Shown here in pieces: positions 1 to 13,125 of a stretch of DNA of 64,000 nt (positions within the stretch are counted from its first letter, which is position 1; every line of letters starts with the position of its first letter). The position numbers and the translations under genes were made by a program. The notes below the pieces were generated by a model, which was not told the DNA's origin, did no database searches, and worked only from the letters and a program-made list of their open reading frames with translations. This stretch comes from Owenia fusiformis. Taxonomy: Eukaryota. The DNA is taken from positions 16,988,001 through 17,052,000 of the forward strand of contig CAIIXF020000001.1 in assembly GCA_903813345.2 (NCBI GenBank), read 5' to 3'.

Positions 1-1239
1 TAAATTATCAAACTACTAAAGAGGGTCACTTAATGAACAATGCAATACGCAATTCCATGTTGGCTTAATTAATTGCAATATGTTCATCAGTGTCATCATT
101 GAATCACACTGGGATTTATAAGTATAGACAGTGAATCAATACTTTCCAATAAAGTCATTATGATAAAATATACTGTAACATAAAGAAAAACTATAAAAGT
201 TAGCATGTAGTGTAAGGCATCAGCGCATCATGAGGAGATTTAAACAACGTAATCTAGAGTTCTTAGAATGTATATTACAGCAAAGGAAATGAAATGTAAT
301 AAATGAATAAATATTTATTCCAAGAAAATAACATGTCTGAATTAATACAGCATCAATAGGCCTCATGGAGGTTATCAATCGTTCAAGTTATCGTGAGTGA
401 TCGTACATTTCTGAAGCTTTCAAGATTGGATATAAATTAAGGAACTATAACAAAAAAGGATACCTTGGATTGATTTAAAATCATTACTCCCATTTACAGT
501 CTAACTTGGTTCTATAATGATACTTGGACAGCTGCATATAAAGCCTATAAAGCATCTTATCTTATACTGGCACATTAGCCAGTTTAGCTGTGACCACACG
601 GACATCATCTATCAAATATAATAACAGGATATAAAACAAACCGCAAAAACATGAACTGAATTATCGCTCGCTAGCAAAACTGATTACAATGACAACAAAG
701 TGAGAAGAAGAAGCACGATTTGTGAGCTTGAATTATTTGTCGTTGATGATTGATCATACTAGCAATTTATTTGTAGATCAAAACGACCATCAGTTATGGC
801 AAACAGATGATTTTGATGATTAAATAAGCCTTTAATATATGGAATATTCAAACATGATGCTGAATACAAAATGATGGTTATTATGACACAGTAAGTGTAA
901 GTGTAAGTGTTACGCAGGAATCAAAGTGATGTACTTTATACTGTAATTTGCAGGATATCAAATTATCGTATACCATCAATTTAAAAAATAGATATTTAAT
1001 AACAAACAGAATGTTCTGTGCAATCTCATGCAAAGATACCTCACGTGTTACTGTTATGTAGCATATTTTTTGTAATAACGTGATCACTATGATTGGACCA
1101 CACACCTTGCATGAGAACGCTTATAAGCAATAATGCTCATCATTTACTTTTTATCTGACTGTAGAAGATGCTCTTCATCAGCACATGAACATTTGTAATA
1201 GAAACATTTCGTACAGATTTTAGAGAATTAAGTTCAGCT

Positions 1240-2706
1240 ATGGAGGTATTACAAAATGATACTGAAAATGTGGACAACTCAACAAATGACATTCAATCGA
1301 CATATGAGTTGCTTCAATCGAATAAAGGATTTATTATATACATGGCGATTATTTTTGTTTGTGGGGTAATTGGAAACGCTATAATAATACGGGTATATTG
1401 GAAAAGGCAGAAACACCACGCTTCAGCTACCAAGTCATTTATCAAAACATTAGCCGTAACTGATTTACTTCTTTGTGTGCTTATCATACCTTACAGTATT
1501 ATCTTCGAGCTGCACTTGATACACAATTTGGTGCTCTGCAAAGTATTTGAATTTATTCGTCATTTTATGATTGCTCAAGCCTTGTTAACGATGGTGGGGG
1601 TGGCTATTGAACGATATTTTGCCATATGTCATCCCCTGAAACATTTCTCTCGATTACTGGGTCGAGTCATAATCACTGGCTGCACACTGGTATCATTCCT
1701 AACCGCTTTGCCAATCCTTTTTACATACGAACTGCATTACATAAATGGACAAGCGCATTGTGATATGCCGCTTGAACACACAAGGCATGGCTATGGCGTT
1801 TTTCTCACGATAGGATTTCTAGGTATGATCGTGACAACTGTTGTATTGTATGGCTTGGTGTACAAAGTTGTGTTACAGAGAGCATTGCGCTGGCGGAAAA
1901 AAGTACAGCCAATCAACACGTCACAAAAGAGAAAAGATGGAGATGACAATATGAAATCAAGTTGTATTTCATTACCTAACAGAATCGAGAATTGTACATC
2001 ACCAAGCTGCTTAAATTGTTCAATGAAAACAAACAGCAGAAGCGAATATACTGGGGATGAAGAGGATAAAAAGAAGACTGTTGACATTAGAATTAACAAC
2101 AGAGAAAATCAATACATAGCTCACACGTCCTCATATAACGAGCCATTATCCAATCAAAATTCAGGAAAAATTGAATCCGAAAAACCCATTATGACAACGA
2201 AACTTCACCCCAGCCCCCAAACAACTGAAAATCCCAACAAAATAAATGAAAGCGAAAGGATGAATCGTCCCATGTCTTTAGAAATCAATTCAGACCTCAC
2301 AGGATCAATGATGCCTAAATTGAAATCAGCTGAAATTGGTCGATATTCCCGATTTCTACAGCCACCTCCGATGATACGTAAAAAATCTCTTTGGATAGAG
2401 GATGTGCCACTGTCGCCATCTTCACCCCAAACCCCAAATTGCAAAACACTTCCTCAGGACACAAAGACTAAAACAAACTGGCTAACAAAGCCTCATTATA
2501 CCACTGCTGGCATGCTATTTGGTGTTACGATCATTTTTATTATATCTTGGATTCCGTTCTGGTTGATTAAGTTCCAACTTCTAAGCTATAGTAATGTTCT
2601 TAATTACACTTTTCTCATCAACCATGCAAGTAATGCAATCGTTTATTTCTTATGTAATAAAAGAGTTAGAAATGATATCGTGAAATGTATTTTATGTAAG
2701 CTGTAA
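1240..2706 (+). CDS. Intronless rhodopsin-family (class A) GPCR, orphan peptide-receptor-like (CCK/orexin-receptor-like), 488 aa
   Basis: Seven hydrophobic segments. Class A motifs: GN in TM1 (GVIGNAII), LAxxD in TM2 (LAVTDLL), Cys at the top of TM3 (LCK), ERY (IERYFAIC), ECL2 Cys, TM6 SWIPFW, TM7 NHASNAIVY. N-terminal sequons NDT and NST. AATAAA follows just after the stop. Confidence 0.93.
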   Translation: MEVLQNDTENVDNSTNDIQSTYELLQSNKGFIIYMAIIFVCGVIGNAIIIRVYWKRQKHHASATKSFIKTLAVTDLLLCVLIIPYSIIFELHLIHNLVLCKVFEFIRHFMIAQALLTMVGVAIERYFAICHPLKHFSRLLGRVIITGCTLVSFLTALPILFTYELHYINGQAHCDMPLEHTRHGYGVFLTIGFLGMIVTTVVLYGLVYKVVLQRALRWRKKVQPINTSQKRKDGDDNMKSSCISLPNRIENCTSPSCLNCSMKTNSRSEYTGDEEDKKKTVDIRINNRENQYIAHTSSYNEPLSNQNSGKIESEKPIMTTKLHPSPQTTENPNKINESERMNRPMSLEINSDLTGSMMPKLKSAEIGRYSRFLQPPPMIRKKSLWIEDVPLSPSSPQTPNCKTLPQDTKTKTNWLTKPHYTTAGMLFGVTIIFIISWIPFWLIKFQLLSYSNVLNYTFLINHASNAIVYFLCNKRVRNDIVKCILCKL

Positions 2707-4172
2707 ATCCAGGGTAATTACAATAAATAAAAGTTATAAAATTTCACTAAACATTATCACAAATGAACAATAAAGTTGAGCTTATAACAAAATGATAAAT
2801 AAATGATACAAAATGAATAATAATTTCATCCAGAGTAAAATGGCAACTAACAAAATACACTGTAATCTTATGTTCAATCTTTTTGTTATGAAAACTGATA
2901 TGGTAGCTTGAAATGTATTTTTATGTATTTTATAATATAGTAGTTACATATTAAGCAGAGCACAGTTATTTTTTCTCAAAACACAGTATATGAAACATGC
3001 TTTGAAATGACTACCCAAGTCAAAATGACTACCCAGGTCAAAATATATGTATATTTAACACAGAGATGCATTTGTAAATAAAATTGCACTTAACGAGATT
3101 TATCACTTTTGTTGTTTTAATTAATTGATGTCATGTAATAAATATTTCTGAAAGCCAATGAAATATGAAACACATAATGTTACTACAGTTAACCCTGTGT
3201 ATATTGAACACCCTGTGTATTGGTTTAATTGTTTCTTATAGATGGGTGTTCTTTACAAAGATGGCTCGTTAATATGTAAATCAAAAGAGAGTTCCTTCTT
3301 CTGAAAACTGTATCATACTGCTTATCCCAATATCTTATACTGCATATTTCTCTCATTTCTGGGAAGGTATGGCTGCCTACAATTGCAGTAGATCAAATGT
3401 GACTGAGGCATTACAGAGGGGCATTCCATCTGACAGGTTTTACTGTAATCATGATGACTTGATCCATGGGTGATTTCTTTCATTTGAGGCCAATTTATAG
3501 CCGAAGACCCATTCCAAAAGGATAGTAAAGGCTGTGGATCCCACAATGCCGAAGACCTTGTACTCGAAAATAGGTGGTATCCTGCAGTACTTTGTCTTGT
3601 CAAATTCTGATATTACACAGGCATTATCATCAATTTATTAAACAAGGCACAGGATATCACGACTTAAGAGACTAAGAGCTATAAATCTTGAATACACCCC
3701 TATAAAAATGATCCTCCAGATTTTCAATATACTGAGATTTCACAGTTCCCTTTGTTGACCTTCAATTATAATTTCCACTTTTACAGTATTGACCTTCAGC
3801 TGACCTTGACTGACCTTGACTATCCCCCAATTTCAACAAATCAAACCTTCAAGTCAGTCAGACTGTTCATATTGTATTTTATTGATACTTACTGATCTGT
3901 GTAATCTGTGTAAAAATGATCGTTAAAATCTGTGTAAGTGGAGCACCTTTCATTCCTCAACATAATATTTCATTTGAAAGGTGTTCTTCTAAAACAGGTT
4001 CATTTTACATTAAATTAATGGGAAATTGGATGGTGAACAACTTAAGGAGGTGTTTCACATACAAAGATTCATTTAACATTAGATTAATGGTAAAGTGGAC
4101 TTTGAAATTGTTCTACTTATAGAGGTGTTCCACATACAGAGGTTCATTTTACATTAAATTAATGGGAAATAG

Positions 4173-4606
4173 ACTACATGCGAGTAGAAATAATCTTGAT
4201 TTACGTCATTAATATTCAAAATTCAGTCAAAGCGATGTCATATTTGAAATCTGCATGTAAATGTACATCTAGAAATATGGTTTCGAAAATTGTCTATCAA
4301 CTTTGAAAATTTAATTTCTTTTGAAAATGTGACTTCTTGTTCGGGTTGATTCCTCATAGACCCCATGTTAGAAAATCACAAAAAGTGAATTATCTTTTCT
4401 TGTATTGGACAGATAACATTTTCTTTTACTGGACATATCTTAATTTGCATAACTATTAGATACATAACGGTTATATGAAAATTGAACCACGCAAATAGAT
4501 GTAATTTAAGTTAAAGGGAACTTTCTACTATACCCGCCATGCTATCTGACCCGAACGAGCCACCTGGTGGTGAATCTGGTAACTACCTACTCGCATCTGC
4601 GTTATT
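4173..4606. mobile_element. Dispersed ~430-bp non-autonomous element (Helentron/HINE-like), copy 1
   Basis: Near-identical to 11178-11612, with a partial copy at ~15640-15958. Short subterminal inverted repeat (ATGCGAGTAG / CTACTCGCAT). It interrupts a local repeat whose halves rejoin as GGGAAAT|TGGATGGTG. The superfamily is inferred. Confidence 0.6.
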
Positions 4607-5202
4607 GGATGGTGAACAACTTAAGGAGGTGTTTCACATACAAAGATTCATTTAACATTAGATTAATGGTAAAGTGGACATTGAACCTTTTCTACTTCTA
4701 GAGGTGTTCCACTTTACAGGTTTTACTCTACTTTTACTTAAGTAACATGACAACTGCCCATTATGCGATTGCTTCTTCTGATTGAAGCACAAAGATGTTA
4801 CACAGGTAATAGGAACTGACTAATATCTCATGTTGTTACTGTCTCTCAAATGTCTAAAATAAGATCTTTGATCTAACATCTTAAGAATCCTTCTTTGTAA
4901 TAGCTATTCAACTGGAGAATATTCAGACATTGTCAACTAATAAACCAAGATAAATCCTGATGTTGCTCTCACCATTACACTATTGCATTCATCAAACATT
5001 TCATTGTTATTAAGTTTTCAAAAATACACGTGTTGGGAATATTGAATTAAGAACTTTTATGTAAGAAATCAAGTCATGTGCCATGACAGCTTCACCTTAC
5101 TAAAGGGTACCTGGAGATATTACAATCTGACATGTTAAAACAATTTATGTCAAGTAAGTAAAGTAAGACATTTAGTGCCAATTTTATAAAGGAGGAGGGT
5201 TA

Positions 5203-5812
5203 TTTTGGTTATTTTCTGAGGATTTAAACAGGTGCATATGTTAGACCAATGCAATATCTCTAGGAAAAGCACTCATAGAAATGATGAAATAATTTTTACT
5301 TTGAGACAGGGAAGATGCAAACAACCCACCCACATGTTTTTTCTGAAATGTTTTCCTAATTTTCGACCCCTGCTTTTTCAAATTCTTTTGCATCAATAAG
5401 TTGCATTTTGACATATAATTAAACCCTTCAAGAGAATAAGTAACTCCTTCAGGGGTTTTAAAGATATCCATTATGGGTGACCAAAATTAGATGAAAGCAA
5501 TGGATCGCATGCACTTTTCCCTATGGGAAAATAACATGGGAAATATTGTTTTCCAATTTATCAAAGAGGAGTTACTTATTCCTTTACAGGGGTTAACTGT
5601 GTCTGAAAATGCAACATTTTGATGCAACAAAAATTGAAAAAGCAGGGGTGGAAGGGGTTGAAAATCAGGACAACATTTTAGAAAAAACATATGGGTGGGT
5701 TGTTTGCATCTTCCCTGTCTCAAAGTCAAAATTATTTCATCATCTCTATGAGTGCGTTTCCTGGAGATAATGCATATGGACCTGTTTAAATCCACAGAAA
5801 AAGCCAAAATCC
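5203..5812. mobile_element. Palindromic MITE with long inverted arms
   Basis: The left arm (GGATTTAAACAGGTGCATATG...TTTGAGACAGGGAAGATGCAAACAACCCACCCA) is the reverse complement of the right arm. A partial copy lies at ~44780-44995. Confidence 0.75.
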
Positions 5813-8800
5813 AACATATGACTGTCCCAAATCTGTTGCGATACTTTCCCTCCTCCTTTCTAGGGTAATTTCAAAATTCTTTCCAGTTAAGTGTCAGTTC
5901 TGGATAGACCAGAACACGTGTCTGGGAATGACATCTGTCACAGATAAGGCCAGCCCCCTGACAAATGCTTTGTAGGTTTAATGTTAAAGGCTGACCCTAT
6001 CTGAGACGATCTGTTGCTGCATAATTTAAATCAAGTTTAATTAATTAAACTTACAACAAAATCACTAGTTCTTACAATTTTTATGACTTAAAGTGTGCGC
6101 CTGACCCGGCTACGTATAGCACAGAGTTTATACTGGCGGATTAGACTAGTTCATTTTTTATATGTGTGTGAAAGCTTTCTCTTATTTGCGTTTTTTTTTT
6201 CGTTTAGTACGGTTCTGTTATAATTGCCGAGGTCATATAACCGGGATAAAACAATGATTATCGTTGACTGCCCACACACAAAACATACGTTGAGTGAACA
6301 GTGTTATTACAAACAACAGGCTTTAGAATACAAAGCGTAGTGTGATAATAAGCTGTACAGTACCACTGCTGCATGTACATATTACTCCCAAGGGCTCCCA
6401 AAGAGTGGATAGGGAGGTTGTGTTTGTCACTTTTAAATTTTACATTTCAAAATTGTCATTTTACATGTCATAATTTGTTGGTTTCATTCGTTTAGCCAAT
6501 CAAAACATTGTAAAACAATAAATTGTCTGTTACGTACAATCAATTTTGTTCAGTTTTGATTAGTTGTCAGAATAAAGTTACGTTCATCTGAATCCATGTA
6601 TCAAAACAAAAATCCTATTTTTACTTCAAAATACTTCAGTGAGATGAAGGCTCGGAATTGTCACATGCAATAACTTATTGTCGTATTCGTTATTTTATCT
6701 TCTCGATAGTAGCATTTAGTCGCACATTTGATGCCAGGTCACCTTGTCGCGTACCTCTTGGGGAACCCCACATTTATGTGTGTACTCATGGAAGTAAATT
6801 CCCCGGTGTAGCCGAGAGTCACAAACTTTTCAACAGGTTCGAAATGACCAATTTCTCTCATATATACTCTAAATATTTTATTATTTAGCACCTACAAAGT
6901 ATTGCTAATAACCATATGTTATTTCAATAAGGTAACTTATCTGGCTACATGTAAATTCAATACCAACACACTAGCTGTTCTCTCAACACGTCCTGGCTTA
7001 CCTTGTGGTGACAAACCCTGGATTTTCACTATTTATAGTTTATCAACACCTGGACGCATGCGCATTTTATAGTTTATCGGGCACTTTAAGGAATACACTC
7101 TCTCAGCAGTATGAGTTCCTCCCAATGCATAGATAATCTTGTACTCCTTATGAATTTAAAATACATAGACGAGAGAGAAGCTGTCAAGACAACCTGAATA
7201 AATAAAGGATTCTAATTTTGATATCGCAATCCCTTAGTTTATGTTTATAATCCCTTGTAAATGCTTTTTAGTGCCTGGACTGCTCACGTGCAGTAAAATG
7301 TGAAATTCTGTCAATACTAGGGCTGAAAACGAGGGCTCATATTAAGCCATAACTTTTTAACTAGAAATCCCTTCATTAGTATGTTCCAAAGCAGAGGGGT
7401 GACACAGCAATGAGAGATTCTCCTTTTGGAGAAAATGGGATGTACATATTAGTTGCCAGAAACAAGTTAATTTCGAAAAAAGGATGTCTTTCTTTAAAAT
7501 TCATTTTTGAAATCTCGATGTCGACAGCTTTATGATTTTTTATGGAATGGGCAAGCGAACAGCTGAGTGTCATTGGTACAAATCCACAACTTTTTAACAT
7601 GTATCTAAGATGCTGTATTATAAGGACTTAGGTTTTTTAGATTTTGAGGATCTTTGCAGAAGATCTTTGCATTAATTCAAACATATTCTAATGCAGAAAT
7701 GAGAGAGATCTGCCCCATCAACAGTTACCTGAATATGGTTAACACGCAAAGTGTCCTTTAACAGATTTTATTAGCAGGCAATGTAATGCCTCATCGAATC
7801 CCATTGAGCTACAGGAAGTCGAGATGGGCATTTGTGGTGGTATGAAACAATTAGTAGTAATCCTTAGTAATACTAAGTAGCATGCAAAAAATTAATGACT
7901 ACAATAAACATCCTGTGCATGATTTTTTGAACCTAGTAATTATATTCTTTACACAGGAAATTCGCACAACAATTATCGCGATTACTGATAATGAGTCAGA
8001 ATCATCAAACACGTGGAGCACATACATGCATGTTTTAAGGTTGCTTCTTAAGAAGTATTTTGACAAAAAGTCTCATAACGAAGCATTTTTTGCAAGTGTA
8101 AAATGTCCTTTTTGTTAGAAAAGCTTAGTTGATAATGAAGCAAATGAGTAGAAAATTCAACGAATGTTAGATCCAAACAAAGCTTTTTATGACAGTGCAT
8201 CCTCCGATCACAGGGGTTCAAAATCCAGAACATATTCTTTCCTTTTACCCCCTGCGATAAGCAGTTAGCATTTCTCCGATTAAGAACTAGCAATCTGATT
8301 GGCTGTCGCAAAACTGCGACAGAAATCATGTATAAGTCATTGCGCATTATTGGATCACGTGATTCAGTTAAATCGGCCACGTCCAAATTGGTTATAGTTT
8401 TTCCTAAAAAATATGATACTGAAGACTGGATGTGAGTGCAACCAAAGTAACCTTGTAGGGTTCCTACACTTTTTTCAAAACAAAATTCCCTGACATTTCC
8501 TGGCAAAAAGAATTTCCAGATTCAATTTCGCTTGTATGTATTGTGTATTATTTTAAGTTTTACAAAATTACATCAACAGCAAAAATATTTTTTAAATATG
8601 ATTTCTGCATTGACCCAAGACCCATTATGAAACATCTTGGATTTCTCCTATAGTACCACTTATCATGATTAAACCTTCTCTCCACAGTCGTCTTATTCAC
8701 CCATTTCATTCCTGATATATCTTTTTATGTTTGATTTTACATATTTTACATTATATAAGACCATGTAAAGGTAAACATATATGTATCCCCCTCCTGCTTT

Positions 8801-9233
8801 TAGTTGCCAAAATATGCATTTGTAATGAATTCAAATTAATGATAACAGAAACTTTAAAAGTGTGATCTAAAATCACTTTGAATCTTTGAAAAGATATGGC
8901 AATCCAAAAGTTGCAGAAAAAACTAAAAATAAAGAAATGGGAAACTTTTTGGATGTTCTGATAGAATAGGAAAATGTCAATGAATAATACAATCCAAAAT
9001 GATTATAAAAATGAGATAACTTGAAGAGATTTCATATCATATCTTGAAAGCCAATATAAAATCAAATGAATTAATTGGAAGGTAAATTCCTAAGATCCTG
9101 ACAGTTACTATATGGGAATGTTCGAAAACCTTATCAAAGGCTGTCAAGTTAAACTTTGATCTACTGACAATATACATGACAATTAACATCTCTGAAATCA
9201 AAACTACTTTCTACAAAAAAACATGAAAGGCAT

Positions 9234-9471
9234 ACTGTAGTTTTACTTAATTTGATGGCTGTTTTTATTTGGCGGATCCGCAAAATTGTTTAAGTCACCC
9301 AAAATAAGTAGCTGCCGAATACCCCAGTAATTTCAGTACCATGTAATATTATACCATTAGTACATTGTAATATTGCAAGTCCGCCAAAGTAAATCTTAAA
9401 GAAATCTGCCAAATGTTCAAAACAGCAATTTGGCCAAAATAAGTAGAACCAAATTAAGTAGAAGTACAGTA
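9234..9471. mobile_element. Tc1/mariner-type MITE
   Basis: Terminal inverted repeat TACTGTAGTTTTACTTAATTTG ... CAAATTAAGTAGAAGTACAGTA with TA at both ends. Confidence 0.6.
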
Positions 9472-9784
9472 ACTACCGACATAGATAAAAGTAAAGTAAT
9501 ATAAGACTTCATACTTATTAATTCAAATGTTTGTATTTGATTTTCTAATTACTAAATACACTACTCTTGATGTCTCTATGATAGAGATGGAAAAGTTATT
9601 TATTTTCAAAGATACTAAAGTGTAATTTTCATCAAACGGATGCAATATTTGGTTTCATATTTCTTTATATGAAACAATCTTTTATCGGAGAAGAAATGAT
9701 AATAAGGTTGTTCATATCACTTTCCTGACTGATGTAGTATTTGGTTGCACATTTCTTTATATAAAACATGGGAATAATACATAC

Positions 9785-10939
9785 ATGAGATCATATTGTA
9801 ACATAAGGCTCAGCATGAAGTGCGTTTGGGCATTGTGTTTATCTATAATATTCTGCTACTCACAGAATCATTGTAGCACAAAAACAGATGGGAATCATAA
9901 GGGAAATGGTCAGCCAGATTCAGATGCCAAAATTCATAGGCAGAAACAAAATTCGAAAGATCCAACCAGTGATGAAAAAATGCAAAGTGGTAGAATCAAA
10001 CAAGGTGGTATTAGTGAGTATATTTCAGAATCAGAGGCAGAAACAATTGAAGTATGCAGCAACAGAACATGGCGAACCTGCAGAAATCGATGTGGCGATT
10101 CTGATTCTGACCAAAATGGAGACCAGGGTAGATATCTATGTCGCTGTGATAGCCAGTGTAGAAAGTACAAAGATTGCTGTGCCGATTTTGATGAAACTTG
10201 CCCGATCATATCAAAGCAGTTTCAAAACCAGATTACACCTAAAATGACTTGTGAGACAACAGATGGGAAAATCTGGTTCTATCTTATTAAGAAATGTCCG
10301 GAGAGTGCAAAAAGTGAGACTACAGAGAGATGTATAAATGAAAAATACACTGATTTAGATATGATACCTGTTACTGACATATCTACATGGCAACACTATA
10401 AGTCAGTGTTCTGTGCTGTTCTAATTATGAAATTCTGGGAAACAAACAGAACATGTGGGAAACCAGGTTCAGATATTAACTACTTGAAAAACCTAAAAGA
10501 GGGCAATTCAATGTTATATTCTTTCATGATCGATTGTACAAACAAATATATATTTCATAAAATTCCATCGGGAATGAAACCAAGATCTTGTAAGCCAAAC
10601 AGTATTGCTACTTGTCCCGAGCATGCTCCACAGTATCTGACGAACAAGTGTAGATATTATGGACTTGACCCATTCAGCGGAAAATTAAACAACGCTCCTA
10701 TGAAAATTCCAGCGCGAAATAAGTACTGTGCTTGGTGTTGGAAATGGAACAGTAATGAATCAGAAGCTGACTGTGACATGAATAGGGGTCCAAAGTTTCA
10801 GACATCAGGGCAAGAATTGTGTTTCTTTACATTCACAATAGTAATAGAGTACAAGAATGAGGATGTTCGTTGCCTTGTTCGTTTGGCTACTCAAATGTGT
10901 AGCCAACTGGCTGAAATTGAAAGGTCAGCAATTCCCTGA
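9785..10939 (+). CDS. Secreted somatomedin-B (SMB) domain, Cys-rich protein (possibly a truncated adhesion-GPCR-type ectodomain)
   Basis: 384-aa ORF. Signal-peptide-like MKCVWALCLSIIFCYS starts at the second Met (9815). SMB signature CRNRCG..CRCDSQCRKYKDCCADFDETC. Two following Cys-rich blocks (PVTD..HYKSVFCA; RNKYCAWCW). No 7TM region. Confidence 0.75.
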   Translation: MRSYCNIRLSMKCVWALCLSIIFCYSQNHCSTKTDGNHKGNGQPDSDAKIHRQKQNSKDPTSDEKMQSGRIKQGGISEYISESEAETIEVCSNRTWRTCRNRCGDSDSDQNGDQGRYLCRCDSQCRKYKDCCADFDETCPIISKQFQNQITPKMTCETTDGKIWFYLIKKCPESAKSETTERCINEKYTDLDMIPVTDISTWQHYKSVFCAVLIMKFWETNRTCGKPGSDINYLKNLKEGNSMLYSFMIDCTNKYIFHKIPSGMKPRSCKPNSIATCPEHAPQYLTNKCRYYGLDPFSGKLNNAPMKIPARNKYCAWCWKWNSNESEADCDMNRGPKFQTSGQELCFFTFTIVIEYKNEDVRCLVRLATQMCSQLAEIERSAIP

Positions 10940-11177
10940 CATTGTTGACCCTATTTCAAAATAATTGCTTAGTTGGGAATATCCTTCATTGGATAAACAT
11001 TGTGTGGACACAATTTTTTGGCTAACTTTTAATAGATAAATGCTTCGTTTGACTCAACCCAGCACAGTAAAATGTACAAGCAATTTTTGGTTTGGATTTT
11101 TGTTTTGATTGAATATAATTGCTGTATATAAACATATAATTTAAGAAACGAAATTTTGGAATATATGTTATCAATTG

Positions 11178-11612
11178 ACTAGATGCGAATAGAAACAATC
11201 TTGGTTTGCGTCATTAAATATTCAAAATCCAGTCAAAGTGATGTCATATTTGAAATCTACATGTAAAACTACGTCTAGAAATATGGTTTTGAAAATTGTT
11301 TATCAACTTTGAAAATTTAATTTTTTTTGAAAATGTGACTTCTAGCTCGGGTTGATTCCTCATAGACCCCATGTTACAAAATCACAAAAAGTTAAATATC
11401 TTTTCTTGTATTGGACATATAACATTTTCTTTTACTGGACATATTTTAATTTGCATAACTATTAGATACATAAGGGTAATATAAAAATTAAACCACTAAA
11501 ACAGATGTTATTTAAGTTAAAGGGAACTTTCTACTATACCCGCCATGTTATCTGACCCGAACGAGCCACCTGGTGGCGAAACTGGTAACTACCTACTCGC
11601 ATCTGCGTTATT
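11178..11612. mobile_element. Dispersed ~430-bp non-autonomous element (Helentron/HINE-like), copy 2
   Basis: Direct repeat of 4173-4606 with only scattered substitutions. Confidence 0.6.
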
Positions 11613-11635
11613 GACAAAGAGTTTTTGAAGTTTAA

Positions 11636-12238
11636 AGGTATATTCCTTGCCAGACCCTTTCTCTCTTGATATGGTAGCTATAATCATATATATAGTTTCC
11701 ATATTTAGCAAAACATGGGAAAATGTTTTAATATGGTCAATATTGATCATTTAAAAATCTAGTGCTTATTTCCAGTGAGCTGCCATCTTTTAAGATTTCT
11801 TGCAGGAAATGATGTCATCAACTCTCAACTTCTATAACCTTGCCCATAACAGTATAGGAAAGTAGCACAGAATCACTTCTAGACAAGTGATCATTACTTT
11901 CTGTGCAAAAATATTTTCAGGGCTTGTCAACTTAGAATAAAAGAAGAGATTTTCAGAAGGATTAAATAAGATACAAAGTTGAAAAAGAATATTTAGCTGC
12001 TTTTGTAATTCTTAATAGCTCCTCACCTAATGCTATATGCAAAGTTGAGAGTCGATGACATCACTTCCTATGTGAAATTTTTAAAAGATGGCAGCTTACT
12101 GGAATTGAGCATCACATTTCTAAGTGATCAAATTTGACCATATCAAAACATTTTTGCGTGTTTTGCTAAACATGGCAAGCATATTTATGGTTATAGCTAC
12201 CATATGAGGAGAGAGATGGTTTGGCAAGGAATATTCCT
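11636..12238. mobile_element. TTAA-flanked palindromic MITE (Kolobok-like)
   Basis: TTAA|AGGTATATTCCTTGCCA ... TGGCAAGGAATATTCCT|TTAA, with long imperfect inverted arms. Confidence 0.75.
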
Positions 12239-12294
12239 TTAATGCTTTAGCTCAATATTGTAATATAATGACTTCTTGTAACAGTTTATCTTAA

Positions 12295-13125
12295 AGTCCC
12301 CGTCTAAAGTTTGAAAATATTTTTTTAAGCATTCATTTACTATTTGTCATGACTTAAAAAGTTATTTTAGAGATTTTTGAAAAAAAAAATTTTAGGGAAA
12401 AAAAGTTGTGAGCATTTCATTTCTCAAATATTCAAATTTCCCGCCATTTTTCAAAAAAAGTTGAAATTTTAATCATCAAATATTTCTTAATGCATTTCAA
12501 AAAAGATTATCCTTTTAACACCAATACAAAGATTGAACAAAGGACACACTATTTCAATAATAAAATGCCATATTTAATGGGCCACTTCAATGTTTTAGCA
12601 TATCAAAAATATTTTGAAACATTAGTGATGTCACAAAGGTACCAAAAACTTTTTGAAAAAAATTGAAATTTTTTTTTCGATGTCTATCTTTTCTCAATAT
12701 GCTAGACTTCAATAATCAATCAATGTTAATTGTCTAATTAGGTTAAAAGGAAAAATATATTATGTTTTAGATATCATTGTACCATTGGTTTCTATGAGAA
12801 CTAAAATTTAGAAATGCATTTTTCTCGGAACCATTTTCTTGCACTGATAAGTTCATTTATCGCTTATTTATGAACTGATTTTCTTAATTTTTTCGGCAAA
12901 AAACATGCGGGGATGAATGCTATGCAGTGGTATGAATTGTGGCTAATTAAAAGATATATGTGACCTCTAAAAGTTAGTTTTAAATAAATTCACAAATTTT
13001 GGAACAAAAAGTCTATCAAAAACCACTTTTTGAAATTTAAAAAAAAAGTTTCACATATCACACTTTGATAACATTGGGTAAGACTACAATATAAGCCAAA
13101 GTGGTTTAAACTTTACACGGGAACT
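12295..13125. mobile_element. TTAA-flanked non-autonomous DNA transposon (Kolobok-like)
   Basis: TTAA|AGTCCCCGTCTAAAGTTT ... AAACTTTACACGGGAACT|TTAA (16/18 TIR match). A partial related copy lies at ~48255-48575. Confidence 0.7.

Noticed and set aside
1791-2444. Antisense ORFs within the GPCR (and similar ones within the SMB and TRAPPC12 exons)
   Set aside because: These are shadow frames of real coding sequence with no independent motifs.
6092-7085. TTAA-flanked Kolobok-like element
   Set aside because: The terminal match (AGTGTGCG vs AGTGCCCG) is too weak to call with confidence.
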